A stretch of DNA of 15,073 nucleotides, taken from positions 1 to 15,073 of the forward strand of contig JBHGNT010000820.1 in NCBI GenBank assembly GCA_043228905.1. Direction: 5' to 3'. Origin of the DNA: Azolla caroliniana. Lineage: Eukaryota > Plantae > Polypodiophyta. Made by a program: the position numbers and the translations under genes. This document shows, one piece after another, positions 8,701-15,073 of the stretch. A model generated the notes under the pieces. It was not told where the DNA came from, made no database searches, and saw only the letters and a program-made list of their open reading frames with translations. Each line of letters starts with the position of its first letter. The first letter of the stretch is position 1.

Positions 8701-11700
8701 TTAGATGATTTTTCCATTCCTTGATTCCTCTGTTTGTTGTTTTGCTGGGATGAATTGGAGTCAGTGCATCCTTAAGAGTTCCTTTTAAATAGTACATTGA
8801 CTAATTTGATGACATCCATAATGATTTTTGAGATTGGACTGCCAAAGATAAAAAATTCAGGCTTGCTGATCACATTGGAATTAATTATGAAATCCTTTTT
8901 CTTTCATTATAGGGCGATCAGCCTCATTGTGGGTTTCCTGAAAAGAATTTTGAAGAGAATGCAGGCAAACTGGCTAGACTGGTAAATCACTATTGACAAT
9001 TTGCGAGCATATTTTTAGTGTTGCTGGAGCTTGCAAGATAATGGTGGACATTTCCAGGGCTTTCGTGTCCTAGTTGTGGAGCAAGTTGAGACCCCTGAAC
9101 AAAGAGAACAACGCAATATAAAGCTAGGCACAAAAGACAAGGCATACCATCATTCTAATCTTTGGGATTTCTAGGATAAATGGAAGTGGTTTTGTTATGT
9201 GTATCTCATCTATGGCTCTGACATTTGCATGTTAGGTTGTGAAGCGAGATATATGTGCAGTCATTACTAAAGGAACAATTACCGAGGGAGATATGCTTGC
9301 ATCAACTCCTGATGCTGCGTACCTTATGACTGTATTTGAAATTTTGAACGAAGAAAGTCTGGATGCTACTTCAACGATAGGATTGTGCTTTCTTGATGCT
9401 GCAACGAGCCGGTTTACGATAGGCCAAGTATTTTATTCTCCCTGGATCCATGTTGTGATTTGAAGTTTTTGCAATGACTAGAGTACTTTTGGCATTCTAT
9501 AAGTAGTGCATGATGCACTGTATTTCAGTTTGTAGATGACAAGGCAAGGTCACGACTACGGTCAATTCTCTCTGAGCTCAGACCTGTTGAGCTTGTGCAA
9601 CCAGATGACTTGCTCTCAGTTGAAACAGAGAGAGCTTTGACGGAGCAGACAAGAAATGCATTAGTCACAAAGCTTAGTCCCAGTTTGGAGTTCTGGAACT
9701 CTGAGAAGACAATTCATGAAATAACATTCTTCTATAAGGAGAAGAAAAAAGAGACCAACAACAGAAGCTCTAGGGTTATGGATGACCCTGAAAATGAGGT
9801 GACATTGGTCTTACCAGACTTCCTAAGGTCCCTATTTAATGCTTCTTCTAATGGGAAAGCTGCAATTTGTGCGCTGGGAGGTTGCTTTTTCTACTTAAAG
9901 CAGGCTTTGCTTGACCAACGGTTGCTGAATTCAGGCCGATTTGAACTCCTTCCTGGATCAGATCAATTTCTAGAGCTGCAAACAGGAGATAACATATGTT
10001 CCAGTATAGGTGACATATTTGCTGATAAATCAGAGCCTTTTATGCTACTTGATAGCTCGGCTCTAGAAAATCTTGAGATATTGGAGAATAATCAAGATGG
10101 TGGGACATCAGGGTAAGGCTATTGTATAACAGGCCATGGATTTAACTTGATTAGCAATATAGCAGGTGCTTTCTGTGACAAACTTAAAGGAAATCTTTTG
10201 CAACTTTGCAATAAACCATATCTAAAATTACAATATAACTAAGAAATTTAATATCATATCTAAGTAAAGCATATTGTGCAGCCAAAGAAAAACTGCAGAG
10301 TGCACTATATTCAGAATGTAACAAATCAAATAACACATGCTTTTGGGTCGGATGCAATTTTCTATAACATTAGATTGAAAGTTGTATTTGGATAATTGAC
10401 AGGACACTTTTAGCACAAATAGATCATTGTGTTACAGCCTTTGGACGCCGTCTACTCAAACAATGGGTTGTTCGTCCTTTATTTAATCCTGATTCAATTC
10501 GGGATAGACAAAATGCTATTGAAGATATCAAGGTATGTGAAATCATAGTGCTAAACAATGCAATTTCCTTTCTATGTACTTTTTTGTCAATAAACTTAGG
10601 CTGGTACTTTGTTATTCTACATGGCCACTACCTTTGTGCGTATTGAATATTTAAGATTCATGGAACCATGACTCATTTGTAGTTCGATTTTGTACTTTAA
10701 AACACATTAGTTAGTCGGTGGATTATATTTCTAGCTATGGTTCATTATACTTGAAATACTTTATGAGTCCTGGGTATGTGAACTACGATTTATTCCTGCT
10801 GCTGAGAAGAGGATTGTGGCATAGGATATATTATGCGGTGGATAAAGCAATCAGGTGGAGAACCACCAAAAGAAGTTGCGTAAGTTATTGGAGATGTATT
10901 CTTCCTTGATGATTAGCACCTACTCCCTCTGGGTTGCATTTTCCTGAGGTGAATCAGTGAGGCCACCACCTTGATATATTTTCTAGAAAACCTTGATCGC
11001 AACAGACAGGTTGATCCACACTCTCAGGAGTTCATAAGATGTATTTATTGCCTCAAGTAGAGCTTCTGACAAAAGATGCACTCCGAGTTTGCTTTCTAAA
11101 CATGATCTATTATGTGGTGCTATAGGTTACATGAGCAATGTGTTTTACATCTGCTCATCATGCCACTTAGCATTTTTCTGCGTGCACACTGCATATCATA
11201 GAGTACCTATGGATGCTATGTGATTTGGTGACTAAAATCAGTGTTGCTTGGCTGAGAAGGAATGTTCAATTGTGCTGTTTTGAGAAGATAAGGTTTGATT
11301 CTTATGAGCAGGTATTATTTTGAAGACTAAATTTACTATTGATTGTGGGATAATTGTGGTGTCCTTTAAGTTGAGAAATTCTGATGGGCTGGCACAAATC
11401 CTTCTTGAGTTTGGTTAATGATGGGGATCACGCTATGCGAGATTCTATGTGAACTATACAAGGGCATAGAAATCTGGCTATTTGGATAACCTTTTTGCTA
11501 TTGAGTGCCAAATAAAAAAACTACTTTAGTACCGGGTTTAATCGTGCATGCACTTCTCATGACATTCTCTGTTTGAGCATGTATGATATTGATAGTGCCC
11601 TCTCAAGAAGACCTCCTTGTTGGCAAGTTACAGCCATATGCATGAGTCTTGAATACCTACGCACCGTGCCAAATGTATTGAACATGGTCATGAAATCTGT

Positions 11701-14700
11701 GCTAGGAGAATAATGCCTCCCAACAACTTTTTCCTAAAAGGGACCAGAGTGGGTTGAGTGGCTTATAAATCTGCACTAATACCTCGGTAATTTCAGTAAA
11801 TCTGCATTAACTAGACTAAACACATCAGACATCAATACTAGATTATCCATGATGCCTAGTATAAGCTATTAGTAATTTATCATGCACCATGACTTTTTGC
11901 CTTATGGAGCTTGAGTTGAGATGGAAGTTATTGAATGGTTAGGTAGTTGGACCGATGGGTCTTTTTGAAAATGTTATTAGGGACACTTTAGGCCTGCCTT
12001 TTTGTTTGATTCATATCTTGATTCAAAGTTGGTTCATGAAGGGAATAGCAGCTGATGGAGTATCTAAGTTTAAGAAAGATCTTCTGAAGCTTCCAGACAT
12101 GGAGCGATTGGTTGTTCGCCTTAAAGCTTGCAAGTGCATTTCTAACCTGTGACTTTTGCTGTTAGGGTGTGCTAGTGAATGATTTTCATTTATTGATGAA
12201 TAATGAAAATTTCAACATGTCACTGATAACTTGAGAAATTTTGTTTTCTTTCAGTGAGAAAAGTGGTAGAAATGCTCAGGGGGTTGTATTATATGAAGAT
12301 GCAGCGAAAAAATTATTAAAAGAATTTCTAGGTGCGCTCAATGGATTTCAGACAATTGTCCAGATTTTATCATCATTTTCTTCTATCTCAAGCCAGTTCC
12401 AGTCATGGAGATTACGGTTATTACTATCTCAAGGTAGAACAAAGCATCAAGACCTTAAAACAAGAAAACATGTAACCTTCAAGGCAGTCTGTTAACATTA
12501 TGTTTACTACCAGGAGAGGGTATGCCGAATATCATGCCTGCGATAAAATATTTTGAAGATGCGTTTGACTGGGCTGATGCTGAAAAAACTGGTCGCATAA
12601 CACCACATGAAGGTGTTGATTCAGATTTTGATCTGGGATCTGCAAATATCACAAAAATTAAGAGGAAATTAGAGGCATATTTAAAAGAGCAGCAAGAATA
12701 TTTCAAAAGCCAAGCTGTAAGAGCCTTTCTTTAGTGCCTATCAAAGTTGGAACTTGCCTTATGTTCTCTGTTGCCATAATCATCGAAAGATGAATGTGTC
12801 CATGTACCTCCATTAATAAAGATTCTACCTTTCCATTCTTACATGTGTACTTCCTGTTTCTCGGGGTTTCTTTTGTTACCTTTCAGTCATTTGCTTTGTT
12901 TTGGTTATCATGTTCATCTTGGCCATCTTGCTCATGTTTTTTTATGTGGTGCCTTCTTACCGATGGTTTCTCATGATAGATAGATACATTGTACATAAGT
13001 TCCACAGCTTTTCAAGCCATTTTGTACCTGTTTATTTCCAGGTTGCGTTTGTTACAGTTGGAAAAGATCGATATCAGTTGGAGATTCCAGAGTCTGTCCA
13101 GAAAAAAGTGCCACGTGATTACGAAGTGATGTCATCAAGAAAGGTATATTCTTGGACTACAAATCATGTTTATGTTCCAGCTGATCATTCTTTTTCCATA
13201 TATGACTTCTTTTTTTCCATTTGTAGTTGTGATTGTGATGTGGTTTGAATCACTTTAAATGATAGTGAGTGATTTCAATCTGTTGTGTAATCAATTGTCA
13301 ATTTGTTGGAATCAAAATCTCTGTACACCATTTACTTACTGACTGGGAGCAAATGCAAACTTTAATATAGACATACCAAGCTGACGATATGTTGAATCAT
13401 GAGTAATTATGCAACTAGACATAATCCCCTTTTGAAAATTTATTTCTATTCTTTCATGAACGTTTACTCTGTTTACCTCCCATTTTATCTGGGCATTTGG
13501 ACAGAGATTCAATATTCCAGTTTCATGAGAGACTCTTGCTCATCTTTAAGGGCTTAGACTAGAGAGTGCTACCACATATGAAAAGATTTAAAGCCTCTCA
13601 TTGGCATTGAATGAATGTTATACTATGAGACTCTTAAATTTATATGATGTGATCTCTGTAAGGATTGTGAGTACTGATAAAATAGCAAATAGTGATTAAA
13701 GACGCTGGAGGGGTAGACTCAAAACATGGAGAACAATAGGATCCTACCAAGGAATAATGGACCTAAATGCAATGAAGGCTATAACCCAATGAACAACGGA
13801 AAGGATGGAGAGATGTGTGTGATGCAGGCTATAACCAAGTGAGATGCCACTCCCAGTGCAGCAAGCACAAGGAAACACTCTAACTTGATCCAACCAGCAT
13901 AAATCCTACAGCACCAGCCCATCAAAGGCTTAGAGATAGCCTGAAGTAATAGGCCAAAGGGAAGAAACAGATCCTTACTGGTGTAATCTCTCCATCTGAT
14001 GCAATGGAGGGTAATCTCATGCTCTTGTCTTGGGAAGTGGTGAACATTTCTGTTTCATGTTTTGTCTTGACCTCAAGTCTTTCTCTATTCTCACAGATTC
14101 TTGCAATGCAGGATAGAATTTCAGGAATTGCTTCTCCTAGTCTTTTTACCACCTTTTTTATTTGGAATTTTGTCCTTCTCTACTAAGCTGGATGCTGATC
14201 TAATGAGACTTTTTCTATTATGCAAGTTATCTAGAAATATGTATGGAAATCGACATTAGTTATGAGTTACATCAAACGGCAATCATATTTACATTTGGTC
14301 CTTTGGACTGGGGGCCTGTTTTACAGGGTTTCAAGAGATATTTGACGCAACCAGTAAAGGAATTGGTCCAGGATCTAGTCTCTGAGGAAGATCGGAAAGA
14401 AGAAGCTGTCAAGAACATAATGCATGGGTTATTGGCACGTTTCTGTGAAACCTATACCTCTTGGCTATTTGTTATCCGTGTAGTAGCAGGTGTCTTTTTG
14501 TCCATTGTCTTTTGAGGGGTAACTCTGAAATACTCCCGTAATTTTTGTTACTTCCCCATGCCCTTCCTCAACCCTCTGAACAGAGAAAAGGGAATGAATT
14601 GACCATATTATTGCTCAAATAATGCCTATACTTTCTTGTTCAGAGGTTGACCAAGGTCATTTGGAGAAATAAGGAAAACCTCAGGGCGTTTGTGGAAATA

Positions 14701-15073
14701 ACAAAAAACTTGGGTATTTCAGAATTTCTAACCTTATTTTTCCCTGAAGATGTATTTTCTCTGAGATCTAGTACTAAAACTGGTGGCTCTATTGTGATGT
14801 GTTTTTGCAGAGCTTGATGCTCTCATTAGTCTTTCTATTGCAAGCAGTTGTATAATGGGGAGCACTTGCAAGCCAGTAATTTGTTGCCATTCTGATAACT
14901 CAGCACCATTGCTTATTGCGAAGGGGTTAAGGCATCCGATCCTTGAAAGCAGCCTAGATGGTGGTCAATGTTTTGTTCCAAATGATATCAATCTAGGAGG
15001 GGAAAATCATGCACCATTCATGCTCTTGACTGGGCCAAATATGGGTGGAAAGTCCACACTTATTCGTCAAGTT
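4398..15073 (+). CDS. MSH6: DNA mismatch repair protein MSH6 (MutS-alpha subunit), spliced gene, 3'-truncated by window. Exons: 4398-5793, 7626-7716, 7802-7904, 7986-8039, 8121-8195, 8913-8981, 9058-9141, 9236-9427, 9529-10112, 10403-10532, 12042-12133, 12255-12433, 12514-12716, 13042-13143, 14327-14489, 14811->15073
   Basis: All 16 exons join in phase into one open frame of 1260 codons. Motifs: PIP box QRSIASFF, Tudor domain, [33 protein letters not shown] (F-X-E), [51 protein letters not shown] (Walker A). The Tudor domain and an intact core/clamp region favour MSH6 over MSH7. Confidence 0.97.
4476..4499 (+). other. PCNA-interacting (PIP) box coding segment of MSH6
   Basis: QRSIASFF matches the Q-x-x-[ILM]-x-x-F-F consensus at the N-terminus, as in other MSH6/MSH3 proteins. 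Confidence 0.9.
4866..5018 (+). other. Tudor domain coding segment of MSH6
   Basis: [24 protein letters not shown]...[22 protein letters not shown], the plant MSH6/PDS5-type Tudor pattern. Confidence 0.92.
6919..7240. repeat. Three diverged direct repeats of about 106-122 bp in MSH6 intron 1
   Basis: Motif order GGA.TGA.TT(C)CTTAT.TATT ... TATGAAAG.G ... TTGTGGAT.A recurs at about 6919, 7041 and 7147. Confidence 0.65.
7626..7716 (+). CDS. MSH6: MSH6 exon 2
   Basis: tgtag|GA...AA|gtatgt; [31 protein letters not shown]. Confidence 0.88.
7802..7904 (+). CDS. MSH6: MSH6 exon 3
   Basis: gcag|A...CAG|gtgtga; [34 protein letters not shown]. Confidence 0.93.
7986..8039 (+). CDS. MSH6: MSH6 exon 4
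   Basis: tgcag|...AAG|gttggt; [18 protein letters not shown]. Confidence 0.94.
8121..8195 (+). CDS. MSH6: MSH6 exon 5 (mismatch-binding F-X-E motif)
   Basis: gacag|...AGG|gtgcgt; [25 protein letters not shown]. Confidence 0.95.
8913..8981 (+). CDS. MSH6: MSH6 exon 6
   Basis: tatag|...CTG|gtaaat; [23 protein letters not shown]. Confidence 0.94.
9058..9141 (+). CDS. MSH6: MSH6 exon 7 (followed by GC-AG intron)
   Basis: tccag|...AAG|gcatac; [28 protein letters not shown]. Confidence 0.9.
9236..9427 (+). CDS. MSH6: MSH6 exon 8
   Basis: gttag|...CAA|gtattt; [14 protein letters not shown]...[13 protein letters not shown]. Confidence 0.94.
9529..10112 (+). CDS. MSH6: MSH6 exon 9
   Basis: ttcag|...GG|gtaagg; [22 protein letters not shown]...[24 protein letters not shown]. 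Confidence 0.94.
10403..10532 (+). CDS. MSH6: MSH6 exon 10
   Basis: gacag|G...AAG|gtatgt; [26 protein letters not shown]...[11 protein letters not shown]. Confidence 0.94.
12042..12133 (+). CDS. MSH6: MSH6 exon 11
   Basis: tgaag|GGA...AA|gtgcat; [30 protein letters not shown](N). Both splice sites are weak, but the phases fit. Confidence 0.85.
12255..12433 (+). CDS. MSH6: MSH6 exon 12
   Basis: ttcag|T...G|gtagaa; [24 protein letters not shown]...LRLLLSQ. Confidence 0.92.
12514..12716 (+). CDS. MSH6: MSH6 exon 13
   Basis: accag|GA...GCT|gtaaga; [20 protein letters not shown]...[10 protein letters not shown]...FKSQA. Confidence 0.93.
13042..13143 (+). CDS. MSH6: MSH6 exon 14
   Basis: tccag|...AAG|gtatat; [34 protein letters not shown]. 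Confidence 0.94.
13657..13985. mobile_element. Possible old solo-LTR/MITE-like insertion in intron 14
   Basis: Flanked by direct ATCTC (13652-56 and 13986-90). GTAAGGAT at the start is mirrored by ATCCTTAC at 13971-78. The interior is purine-rich with GGCTATAACC twice. Confidence 0.35.
14327..14489 (+). CDS. MSH6: MSH6 exon 15
   Basis: tacag|...GCAG|gtgtct; [17 protein letters not shown]...[17 protein letters not shown]. Confidence 0.93.
14524..14723. repeat. Long imperfect inverted repeat (MITE-like foldback) in intron 15
   Basis: TCTGAAATAC..TTTTTGTTACTTCC pairs with GGAAATAACAAAAA..GTATTTCAGA. The inner TCAACCCTCTGAACA pairs with TGTTCAGAGGTTGA. Confidence 0.7.
14811..15073 (+). CDS. MSH6: MSH6 exon 16 (start of ATPase domain; runs off window)
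   Basis: tgcag|AG CTT GAT...; ELDALISLS...GLRHPIL...[10 protein letters not shown]...[18 protein letters not shown]; Walker A at 15032-15058. Confidence 0.95.

Noticed and set aside
10718-11950. 63-aa ORF and short TAAATCTGCA(C/T)TAA direct repeat in intron 10
   Set aside because: No recognisable RT or transposase motifs, and the short repeat is unremarkable.
4398-15073. MSH7 or MSH3 as alternative identities
   Set aside because: The Tudor domain, the GKFYELF motif and a full-length core/clamp region are characteristic of plant MSH6.

Overview
Land-plant nuclear genomic DNA with spliceosomal introns. The main feature is a multi-exon MSH6 mismatch-repair gene on the + strand. It starts at ATG 4398, has 16 exons I could join in phase (3780 nt, 1260 codons), and is cut off by the window end just after the Walker A motif. 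It encodes a PIP box, a Tudor domain, the F-X-E mismatch-binding motif and the MutS core, and one intron needs a GC donor. Upstream and head-to-head on the - strand is a decayed, intron-containing fragment of a KDM3/JHDM2-type JmjC H3K9-demethylase gene (IBM1/JMJ25-29 family, Cys-rich RING-like region) that the ORF track misses. It lies among TE-like sequence: a PPT plus LTR at 260-780, a possible solo LTR, a tandem-repeat array, and a hairpin plus CTAG resembling a Helitron 3' end. MSH6 intron 1 holds an antisense exon/intron structure, and intron 15 holds a long foldback. All homology calls come from recalled family motifs, not database searches.
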